NCBI GenBank assembly: GCA_964016885.1 | Contig: OZ024747.1 | Location: forward strand, 54,746,001-54,810,000 | Source of the DNA: Eledone cirrhosa | Lineage: Eukaryota | Reading direction: 5' to 3' | Length of the DNA: 64,000 bases | Shown here: piece after piece, positions 15,951 to 26,330 of the stretch | Numbering within the stretch: position 1 is the first letter of the stretch | How the letters are laid out: every line of letters starts with the position of its first letter | Position numbers and translations under genes: made by a program | The notes under the pieces: generated by a model | What the model was told of the DNA's origin: nothing | The model's input: only the letters and a program-made list of their open reading frames with translations | Database searches by the model: none

Positions 15951-16629
15951 CAAGGATGTAGAAACAACAGTAGAGGAAACAGATATTTTCAATTGTAGAG
16001 ATAGAATATATTTTTACTTTATGGTTAAATAGTTATCTTCATGACATCATGACTATGCGTCACATTCACGGTGGCACGATCTCCCCATCAGAAAGGTATT
16101 TTAATTCAGGTGTTCCACTCTACTCACCTGGCAAGAAAGAGAGGCATTTGTAATTAAAGAGTCCAGATCACCATATAGTTTACCAAGATGAATCTCTCTG
16201 AGAGCTACATTGTACTTCCCCGTGATTGTGGAATTCTCAGCCACTTGTATGTCAATTTCTTGAGCAGGTTGTTTCGTTGAACGTATAGATATCAAAAACA
16301 AATATGAAAGCAAAATTAAATATATCACTGACAGTGCTTATGTTGTGCCAAGTGAACCCATAGCGCTTCAGAGACTACTGTGGCGGAGGTAAGTATAGTG
16401 CCAAGGATCATTTTAGGAGAGAACCGAGAAGGAATACACCTTCATATCGGAATTTTGGCTGAATTTGTGCAAAAGAGAGGCTTCCATAAAATGCACCTAA
16501 TGTCCAGATGGTAGTGCTAGGCCTCGTGCCATATAATATCCAAATAAACCATAGCAGAATGTGAACCCAGACCACAAAGAGGTGAAATAAATACCGCAAG
16601 GTAGTTCGTCCGACCCTTTTAAATTCCGC

Positions 16630-16760
16630 CCATCATTTTATTGGCCTCGAAAGAATTAAAGGCAAAGGTCACCTCGGAAATATTTACAATCAGTGTAAAG
16701 AGAGTCGGATCAAATATGGCAAACGTACGTAATAGAATGGTCTAACAGCTCTTCTAAATG
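16630..16760 (-). mobile_element. Highly decayed SINE copy
   Basis: TTTTATTGGCCTCGAAAGAATTAAAGGCAAAGGTCACCTCGG aligns with the reverse complement of the SINE core. Confidence 0.5.
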
Positions 16761-17879
16761 GCTACACAGCTGGTTCATTCGTGGTTCTACGAAATAACAT
16801 CATTTACGATGTTATTTCGTAGGTATGACACTTTTGGTTTTTCTAAATGTAAATGTGCCATGAGTATAGTTACTTACAGACTTGTATCATACTATGGTAT
16901 TGCGACCGCAGCATAGTCAAATGGCAATGAAGTTTGCTATGTAAAGATAAGGTCTTGGGTTTGATCCTACAGCGTAGAATCTCGGAGAACTGTCACCTAC
17001 TGTAACCTTGTATGTGACACAGGGTAGAAGGAATATTTTGAGTAAACTGTCAAAAACATTGTATATGTAATTCTGCCTGTCACAGGTAGAAGGTACATTT
17101 TGAGCAAACCGTCAAATGCATTCTACTTGTAATTCACAATGCCACTCCTGTCACTCATTATGTCGCTCTAAATTATCTTGAGAATTGTCATGGATATGTG
17201 TGTCTCTGAAATGCTCAGTCACATGCTCACTAATTCAACAAGTTTCGTTGATCAAAACGCATGAGCATTCAACGTTAATTCATTGAAAATCCCGGGTTGT
17301 ATGTTACTGGCTACCCCAAATCGTACGAGATTCCTACGAAAAAGGCTGCCGAAATTTAGTATCAGAAATGTTCCTTCATCTTATGTAGATTAATTGTGTT
17401 ATATATCCCGCTGTCGGCACCGTCTCTCGTCCATTCCCAGAAGTTTAGAACAGTCAGTACTGAAATGAAGTACTAGCGAACGCTATCTCAAATCTCGTAC
17501 TACAATGTGTTTTATGTTATCGACATATATATATATATATATATATACAACCTTATGCATGTTTGTGTGTGTGCAATATGATAGAAAAAGTACACTTATA
17601 ATGATCTTTGCGTGTGTCTAGAAATGTAATAACATTGCGCATGCTTCTTTTCGTGGACTGCGACACTGGTGGCTGGAGAGAAGACATTATGTTAAAGCCA
17701 GAGATCGGAACTGAATGCTTGCAATAAAATCAACTTCATAGAAAGCACCCGACAACCAAGTGATCGCGTTGAACGAGACGACGAATTATGTCTATAACTC
17801 GAGTAGTCCGGAGATGGGACGTATACCAGAACATTTGATCTGGCAATCAAACAATTCAACTGCATAAGATTGGCATTAT

Positions 17880-17980
17880 GTTTTATTAAAGCTGAACTAG
17901 ACTGGATTTGAACTGAGGACGAAAGCAATCAGAATAAATGCCGCTTGTTATTTCACCTGACGCTCTAACGCGTCTGCCAT
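17880..17980 (-). mobile_element. Highly decayed SINE head
   Basis: GGATTTGAACTGAG ... GACGCTCTAACGCGTCTGCC matches the reverse complement of the SINE B-box and A-box. Confidence 0.45.
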
Positions 17981-19857
17981 AATTTACTGCCTAAGTGCCA
18001 GCCACAAAAATAAAATATCAACAGTGTTTCCTCGTTTATTCATCAGTTTATACTCGTATATCTCCAAACACTTTAGTTGAACATATATCGAATACAAAAT
18101 CTGCCATACATCTTTATTACTGAAATAAATTTGTTGCATTTGTTGTCTCCCTTCTTCTTGCTAATACAAGTTGATCTGATCTGACATTCTTACATGTGTG
18201 TGTGTGTGTCCGTGTGAGGTTATGTGTGTGTATTTGAGTGTGTGAGGGGGGGGGGGTGATTGCGTTGTGTGGTCGTGTGCGTGTGTGTGTGTGCCTGTGT
18301 GTGTGCGCGTATGTGCGAATGTGTGTGTGTGCGTGTGTGTGTATGTGTCAATACTTTGTTACTGCAATCTTACAAAGTTATTTAATTATATTTTCAAACT
18401 CACTTATATTTCAATCTAACGTAAATTCACCAAGACAAAGTAGCGCTACATTATTCATCAGACATCAAAATCTCATGTAATATTTATAAGAAGTCTTGCC
18501 ATTTTCGCGGTTCTTCTCTAGAAGAAACATATTTACCATTGTAAATTCTGCACGAAGATCATTTAACTTCACATTTCTCGTCAGAAGATTTGGAAACTAC
18601 GATAAAATATCTATATATTTTAGTAGGTAAAATTAACCAACAAATGATTTATATTGCTTTAAAGAAGTATTTCTAAATATGTGCACCTCGGCAAACTATT
18701 GTGTCGAGAGATGTAATTAGTTACACTGGGATATAGTAATGTTATATTTCAAAATGTGAAAAATATAGATTGAATTCGTAATAAAGTTTACGTATGACTG
18801 CAAATGTGTGAAACAGGTGAACTAAAAATGATAACATTGCTAAAATAGCCTAAAATCTCTCAAAATCTAACTACTTCCGCGATTTTGTTCACACAAACTT
18901 AAACTCAATCCCGGGGAATTTGCAAAGGCGCTGTTCCATGCGTTTAACTGACGCATATATTCACACATTTTCTTAAATTCACAGTCAATATTGTTATAAA
19001 TCGTAAACACCGTATTTCTGACCTAAGCTGAATGCAATTACGGAGTCAGGTCAATATCTCATTTCGATACAAAATAGTTGTTAAAGGAAAACTATACATG
19101 GTAGAGATAGAATCGAAAGGAGAGGTTGTTAAGATGTATATTGGATTTACCGAGAATATTTTTTAAATCGAGATAAACACATATTATTTTAATTTCTTAT
19201 TTGTTACAATGCTACATCATTTTCAAAATACATTTAGTTCTAAAAGACCGAGTATAACATAACCAAATATGTAAAGGTGCAATATTGCAAATCTAAACTC
19301 CTTGAGTGACCACAGTAGTCAATGTCATGTATGTATAACTAGATAGCTCAAGGTTCTGTCTCTGCCTGACCACATCTTAAACATGTGCGAGGAAACCGTC
19401 TTTTCTTTCTCCATGTAAATATATACAAACTTGATGATTGCAAAACTTACCGTACAAATGGATTTTGAACTGGTGATCGTCTGTACTTACATCCGACACC
19501 TGGATGGCAAGTGGTTTGGGAAGAAACCCAAGTTGACATTTATACTAAAGGTTGATTAACATGTTTAGTACAAATGATGCGTCTTTAAGAAAGACATGCT
19601 AATTCGTGAACTGCGTGAAAGGGTGTATTAAGAAAAACACATGGAAAGCCAAAGATAAACATTGTCCCAAACGTCGATTTTCAATACCAGGTCTAGAACA
19701 ATTTACTTTGAATTAAAATTGCAGTAGAGGAGAAACCAATCCTATATCGTGATCGATATTAATGAATGAATCGTATATAAATTCTACCATGGCCGAATCG
19801 AACTGCTTTATCTAGCAGCACACTGCCTGCTAATGTCCACACTTACTACCCTCCTGT

Positions 19858-19880
19858 TGATAGCCAATCACGTGACAGTT
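19858..19880. promoter_or_regulatory. Candidate promoter element: overlapping CCAAT box and E-box
   Basis: AGCCAATCACGTGAC lies in non-repetitive sequence, with a GAA|GTAAGT donor-like site about 170 bp downstream (about 20043). Confidence 0.3.
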
Positions 19881-20088
19881 CTTCCATTTGATATTTTCAC
19901 TGATAGCGAACAAGGAAAATGTTGCTGCTTTGAATTTTCATTTTCTGTCTTGACTGAGAAAAGTCTCCTGGCGATTTGAGATTTCTCACAATAATCGGAG
20001 TATTATCATTTCTCTCAAAGAAACTGCAGTAGGGACATTGAAGTAAGTAGAGAGTTTTTTTTCATTTTGTTTGCTTTTTCCAGAGATG

Positions 20089-20133
<45 letters not shown>

Positions 20134-20151
20134 ATATTAAATAAATGGAAA

Positions 20152-20258
20152 CTATATTTATAAAACCATATTTATTTTATTATATATATTTCAAGGGCAA
20201 CCAAGACAACATTGGTACGCTTTCATCAGATAAAATACAAAGTTTGTTTTATAAATAG
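20152..20258 (-). ncRNA. Type-I hammerhead ribozyme motif (family C) in a cassette between two (TA)n tracts
   Basis: Minus strand: TATTTTAT-CTGATGA-AAGCGTACCAA..TTGGTTGCCCTT-GAAA-TATATATA-ATAAAATA. Stem I is 8 bp with a 12-bp distal extension (TATTTATAAAAC/GTTTTATAAATA), stem II is imperfect, stem III is palindromic, and the predicted site is AUA. Confidence 0.7.
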
Positions 20259-20304
20259 AGACATACCCATGAAAATCATACCTTATCCGTTGGAAATTCA
20301 CTGG

Positions 20305-20345
<41 letters not shown>

Positions 20346-20406
20346 GTAGAACACTGGAACGTAATATCCGTAGTGGTAGAGCACTCAGTCCAGGGGACGA
20401 GTTAGG

Positions 20407-20558
20407 TAGAAGTGTTTACAGAACAGTTAGTTCACCATCTCGTAATGGACATGGTTATACGGTTATCCCTATAACCATGTCTATTACGAGCGGAGGATTC
20501 GCTAATGTGAAACAATTGTTCTCGGTATGGTGAACTAACGGTTGTGTAACCACTTCTA
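20407..20558. repeat. Fold-back inverted repeat with a 36-nt asymmetric insert resembling a degenerate hammerhead
   Basis: Outer arms are about 20407-20438 and 20527-20558, inner arms about 20440-20460 and 20470-20490. The right arm alone has CGAG-CGGAGGA-..-GAAACAATTGTT-CTCG. Confidence 0.75.
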
Positions 20559-20580
20559 TATATATATATATATATATATA

Positions 20581-21384
20581 TAAGTATGTGTACATACATA
20601 CATATATGTATACAGACGGACAGTAGTATGTATATATATACATACATGCAAACATATATATATGTACGTATGGATTTACCGAACATTTATTATAATGCTC
20701 GGTTTGTTTGTAAACAAACATCCTAAATTAAGCCGTACAGTGTTTAGCAACCATCGTTGCCCTTTTGTACAACACTGACAAAGGAACGATGTACTAGTTT
20801 CACGCTTATTAGCTCTCGTCAGCACCGTATACCTTCCTGACAGATGATTGAACGTCTGAAAGTATATACTTTCCTTATGCATATTAACGGCTGAGCAGCC
20901 TAATTTGCATATCGAGTGAGTTAATCGAAAACGATAAATGGAAAAAATGAAACGAAATTTCATTTCTCACTCTTAGTACGGCTGTTACTTAAATTTAAGT
21001 ATGTATACGTACATACATATATGTATACAGACGTACAGTAGTATGTATATATATACATACATGCATATATATATATACATGTACGTATGGATTTACCGAA
21101 CATTTATTATAATGCTCGGTTTGTTTGTAAACAATGATCCCGAATTAAGCCGTACAGTGTTTAGCTTAATTCGGGATGTTTGTTTACAAACAAACCGAGC
21201 ATTATAATAAATGTTCGGTAAAACCATACGTACATATATATATATGTGTGTGTGCAAGTATGTATATATAAACATACTACTGTACGTCTGTATACATATA
21301 TGTATGTACGTATACATACTTATATTTAAGTAACAGCCGTTCTAAGAGTGAGAAATGAAACTTCGTTTCCCTTTTTCCATTTAT
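20581..21384. mobile_element. Non-coding HHR cassette family A: about 415-bp monomer x1.4, then an inverted fold-back, flanked by (TA)n (retrozyme / Penelope pLTR-like)
   Basis: Direct repeats start at 20581 and 20996. Inverted arms are about 20934-21150 and 21164-21384 with a 13-nt spacer. Contains an HHR and an ATGCAAAT octamer. Confidence 0.8.
20786..20828 (-). ncRNA. Minimal type-I hammerhead ribozyme (family A)
   Basis: ACGGTG-CTGACGA-GAGCTAATAAGCGT-GAAAC-TA-GTA-CATCGT. Stem I is 6 bp, stem II is weak, stem III is the palindrome ACTAGT, and the predicted site is GUA. Confidence 0.8.
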
Positions 21385-21693
21385 ATATATATATATATAT
21401 ATAAAAACAAATAACGAAACGAAATTAAATTTCGTTTCGTTTGTAACTCACTTTTGTATGACTGACGCTTAAACAAAGTTAAAAATGTACATCCACATAT
21501 GTATACTGAAATACTAGTATGCATATGAATACACACACGTATACATATGTAGATGTACCAAGTTTTTCACTGGTCACTTTACTGTGAGTGTCCAGCTATT
21601 CTGCATGTAAACACACAGACAAACCGGTTTTTAGAGTCATACTGGTTTTTGAGGAAACACCTTTCCTCTATTCTCCAGAAAGCCAGACAAGGA

Positions 21694-21736
21694 ACATTGA
21701 ACTAGTTTCGTTGTTGTTACAACTCATCAGCAATAT
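21694..21736 (-). ncRNA. Minimal type-I hammerhead ribozyme (family B, left arm)
   Basis: ATATTG-CTGATGA-GTTGT-AACA-ACAAC-GAAAC-TA-GTT-CAATGT. Canonical core, 5-bp stem II, palindromic ACTAGT stem III, predicted GUU site. Confidence 0.88.
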
Positions 21737-22455
21737 TTACCTATCTTCCGGCCTTTCTGGAGAATCGTAAAAGCACATATCGTTATATGCTTTTTCTATG
21801 AAAATTAGTAGTGGGCAGACTAATTTGCATAGAGCGTGAGTACGTACCGGTTCAACGGAGACGATAAAAACAAATAACGAAACGAAATTAAATTTCGTTT
21901 CGTTTGTAACTCACTTTTGTATGACTGACGCTTAAACAATTAAGTTAAAAATGTACATCCACATATGTATACTGAAATACTAGTATGCATATGAATACAC
22001 ACACGTATACATATGTAGATGTACCAAGTTTTTCACTGGTCACTTTACTGTGAGTGTCCAGCTATTCTGTATGTAAACACACAGACAAACCGGTTTTTAG
22101 AGTCATACTGGTTTTTTACATACAGAATAGCTGGACACTCACAGTAAAGTGACCAGTGAAAAACTCGGTACATCTACATATGTATACGTGTGTGTATTCA
22201 TATGCATACTAGTATTTCAGTATACATATGTGGATGTACATTTTTAACTTAATTGTTTAAGCGTCAGTCATACAAAAGTGAGTTACAAACGAAACGAAAT
22301 TTAATTTCGTTTCGTTATTTGTTTTTATCGTCTCCGTTGAACCGGTACGTACTCACCCTCTATGCAAATTAGTCTGCCCACTACTAATTTTCATAGAAAA
22401 AGCATATAACGATATGTGCTTTTACGATACTCCAGAAAGGCCGGAAGATAGGTAA

Positions 22456-22498
22456 ATATTGCTGATGAGTTGTAACAACAACGAAACTAGTTCAATGT
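22456..22498 (+). ncRNA. Minimal type-I hammerhead ribozyme (family B, right arm)
   Basis: Identical motif ATATTGCTGATGAGTTGTAACAACAACGAAACTAGTTCAATGT on the plus strand. Confidence 0.88.
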
Positions 22499-22720
22499 TC
22501 CTTGTCTGGCTTTCTGGAGAATAGAAGAAAGGTGTTTCCTCAAAAACCAGTATGACTCTAAAAACCGGTTTGTCTGTGTGTTTGCATACAGAATAGCTGG
22601 ACACTCACAGTAAAGTGACCAGTGAAAAACTTGGTACATCTACATATGTATACGTGTGTGTATTCATATGCATACTAGTATTTCAGTATACATATGTGGA
22701 TGTACATTTTTAACTTAATT

Positions 22721-22794
<74 letters not shown>

Positions 22795-23068
22795 TTGCGC
22801 TTGTGCGAAGCTGTGGATGGGAATTAGGGCTCACAGGGGAACTGGCGAAGGCTTCAAGAACATCACCTTTGTTTGTTCCCTTGTCGTTTTAATTTGGATT
22901 GCCCCGAGAATGTAACCCTAGAATGAAAGAATAAGATCATGACACTGGTTAGGCGGAATCGCGTGATTCCTGTCGTCATCGGAGTACGTATCACAGCCTT
23001 ATCAATAAAGGACTTTAACATCTGAAACTACGTAGCATATTCTTTTTCAATATATGTATATATATTGT

Positions 23069-23256
23069 GCGGTGGATTGGCAGTATCGGTAGAGGGTCGG
23101 ACGCCATGCTTTGACGCATAGAGTTACAGCCCTTGCCATTATGAGTTCAAATCCTGCTGAGGTTTACTTTGCCTTTAATCATTATGGGGTCGATAAAATA
23201 AAGTACCAGTAATACACTGGGTAGTTGCTAGCCTTGTGCCAATAGTATAAACAAAT
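23069..23256 (+). mobile_element. Full-length tRNA-derived SINE
   Basis: GCGGTGGATTGGCAGTATCGG ... GTTCAAATCC ... GGGGTCGATAAAATAAAGTACCAG ... GCCTTGTGCC. Confidence 0.9.
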
Positions 23257-23474
23257 ATACGTATATATATATTACATTTAGAAATGACATCTACTAAGAA
23301 CATTTTCAAAAGTTTGATTTCAGTAGGCATTTCCTGATGATTTCATAAGTATGAAAAAGATCTAGTCCTGTAAAAGTTGTTTTTATAAATATCGTGTCTT
23401 CTAATTTATTGAGTAGTTTATTTAATTGTGGTTCACTAAAAATTATCTTCAGATAATCATTCAGTATCAAATGT

Positions 23475-25230
23475 ATGTATGTTTTTCTGGTTTTATAATT
23501 TCACAAAGTTTTGCCAATATAGAGAGGATTAGTTTCTAACCTAGACACAAGGCTTTCTCACTGGAATTTACACAACATCAACGGGGCAGATATGTATGCT
23601 TGTCTGCATGCAAGCATGTGTAGATATGGATGTTATTTTATGTGTGGATGTGGATGTTTTGAGTTGTATGTGTGCATGTGTATATGCTTTGTATATGTAT
23701 ATGCAGTTATTAGATGCAAAATGTTTGGAATGTTTTACATACTTTTACTGTTCCATTAAGGGATTGTACTTGTAATTTCCTAACTAATTGTGTTCTTTCT
23801 ATTCTTGTGAAGCCTAGCTTCTCAAGATTTGTATTGAGGCAGTTACTAACATACCCCAGTACCCCAATAGTCACAGGCATAAATCTGAAGGTGTAATCAG
23901 GATGGAGTATCTGCAGATTTCTCATCAGTTCTGCATAAATATTCTCCTTCTCGCTAATCTTTGATATTATATTGGCAACTGCTGGGCAGCTAACTTCCAC
24001 TACTGTGCATACTTTCTTTTCCCTATATATCATAATATCTGGGCTTTTATGGCTGCATTTTATTGGGGTTTTTACTGGAACATTCCATCAGTACTCTTTC
24101 ATATTATGTATATAGATGTCTTCCACATTGCTGTAGATTTTAATGATTTTATTATCGGGGCTATCTTTTCTACGGATTGCATTGTACAATGTTTTGGCCA
24201 CTACATTATGCCTCATAGGTAGATAGTACCGCGATGACATCTTTAGACAAATACTGATGACATGTGTGACATCTTCGATGTTAATTCTGCAGAGTCTGCA
24301 CTTGATATCACATCTAGGTGTTTTGCCTGCATCTCTATCTCTTTTGTGAATCAGGTATTTCGTGTTAATTTCCTGTCCTTGGATTGCAAAAGGGTATTTT
24401 TCAAAGTGGGAGCCAATATAGCGGTTGTTGGTCCAAGATAGACTACTTTCCTTATCTATATTACTCTCACTCTGGAGCTTCCTCGCAATATATCCATGGA
24501 TGGTTTTTTGCTGATAAGCATACAGTTTTTCATCCATGGATTCACTGCGATACTGCTGAGTGACTTCCATGGGTGTGAGTTTTTGATTATCACACAGGGA
24601 ATATCACTCGAGGAATTATTTCCCAACTCTCAGGATCTTATCTGTTTCATGCTGACAGACTTGCTCGAGGGACGAGCACCTACGCCTCGAGGTTCGTAGA
24701 TGTTGTCGGAGGGATATGATGCGACATTCAAATGCTGTCTGGACTGATGTTAGGCCTCTGCCTCCCTGCTTACGTTTCAAGTGAAGGTGGACTATGTCAC
24801 TGTTGATGGGGACGTTTCCGGTGTCGTTTAGTATTTTTCGAGTTATAACATCAACTGCTCGGATTTCGTCTATCGTCCAATTGAGTATTCCAAACACACT
24901 GTGAGCCACTGTTTTATTTTGCGCAGAGAGTTCCGATGACCATATCTTTTTTAATCGGGTTACGCGTTCCTTATTACAGATACCATTATAGGATATGTTC
25001 TCATCTATCCCCAGGTACCTATAGCAGTACTAATCCGGTATCGGTGAAAGAGTTAGGCCATTGATGACAATGTTGCTAGATTGGGTTGTTGTTTTTCCCC
25101 ACTTTACAGTCATATAGGAGCATTTATCTTGGCCAAACTCCATTCCTATATCCTTTGAGAACGTTGTAACAAGGTCAATATTTTTCTTCATCCCATCTTG
25201 GCATAGAGGTTCAGATCATCCAGAAAAAAT
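23475..25230 (-). pseudogene. 5'-truncated, frameshifted R4/Dong-clade non-LTR retrotransposon (RT C-terminal half, REL domain, 3' UTR)
   Basis: Fragments FLDDLNLYA, YRYLG, GGRGL, CRLC..EDVTHVISIC, RHN and VVEVSCP..K..Y are spread over ORFs 24616-24909, 24088-24570 and 23710-24033, colinear with the intact element at 53-57 kb. Confidence 0.85.
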
Positions 25231-25542
25231 ATCTTCACACAAAGGCATTGCACCATAGAATTATTTAATAATTATTAATAATGTTATATCTTGCAATGGC
25301 CATACTCGATAACGAGGGGGCAGCCATCATGTATGTATGTATGTATGTATGTATGTATGTATGTATGTATGTATGTATGTATGTATGTATGTATGTATGT
25401 ATGTATGTATGTATGTTTGTGTGTGTGTGTGTGTGTGTGTATGTGTGTGTGAGGGTGCGCGCGTGTCTGTATGTATATATGTATGTTTGTACGTACGTAT
25501 TTAGGTATGCATGAATATGTGTGTGTATATATATATATATAG

Positions 25543-25606
<64 letters not shown>

Positions 25607-25881
25607 ATGGTGGGTGGGAATGTGTGTAATTAATGCTATAAATATATAGGGGGCGTTGATCTTCACATAGGTTAACAGGAGCAATATTATGATCTTCAAT
25701 TGAAGTGAAAGTTTCAGATAAATTCGCTTGAGTAGACTACTTGAAACAGTATATCTATTGATTTAATGTACTACCTAATTACACTTACTAAAATGTTTCA
25801 ATAAATATATACATACATATATACATACACGCATGCATACGTACATATATACATACATAACTGTATATGTATGTATGTATG

Positions 25882-25912
<31 letters not shown>

Positions 25913-26167
25913 GTACGTATGTATTTATGTACGTATGCATTTATATTTGTATGTATATATGTATGTATATATGTATATATGTATGTATGCATGTGTATAT
26001 GTGTATATGTATGCATGCATGTATGTATGTATGTATGTGTATATGTATGTACTATTGTATGTAAGGCTGTATGTGGTATATAGCAAATGAAAGCACGGTA
26101 TTGGAAAAAACAAATGGTTAATTGTGCACGAGTGCATATCATTGCAAATATATTTTTTCTCTTTGTT

Positions 26168-26207
<40 letters not shown>

Positions 26208-26241
26208 TACATATATACATATATACATATATCTATCTATC

Positions 26242-26276
<35 letters not shown>

Positions 26277-26285
26277 TTTTTTTTT

Positions 26286-26330
<45 letters not shown>

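Larger units (their letters stand above)
21401..22725. mobile_element. Non-coding HHR cassette family B: about 463-bp monomer x1.5, folded back into an inverted x1.3 copy, flanked by (TA)n
   Basis: Direct repeats start at 21401 and 21864. Near-identical inverted arms of about 610 bp meet across a 37-nt spacer (22078-22114), with one HHR per arm. Confidence 0.85.

Noticed and set aside
18010-18050. Minus-strand CTGATGA...GAAAC..GTT
   Set aside because: No stem I or stem II pairing.
23325-23375. CTGATGA-TTTCAT-AAGT-ATGAAA as a hammerhead
   Set aside because: A hairpin is present, but there is no separate GAAA and no stem I pairing. At best it is a decayed remnant.
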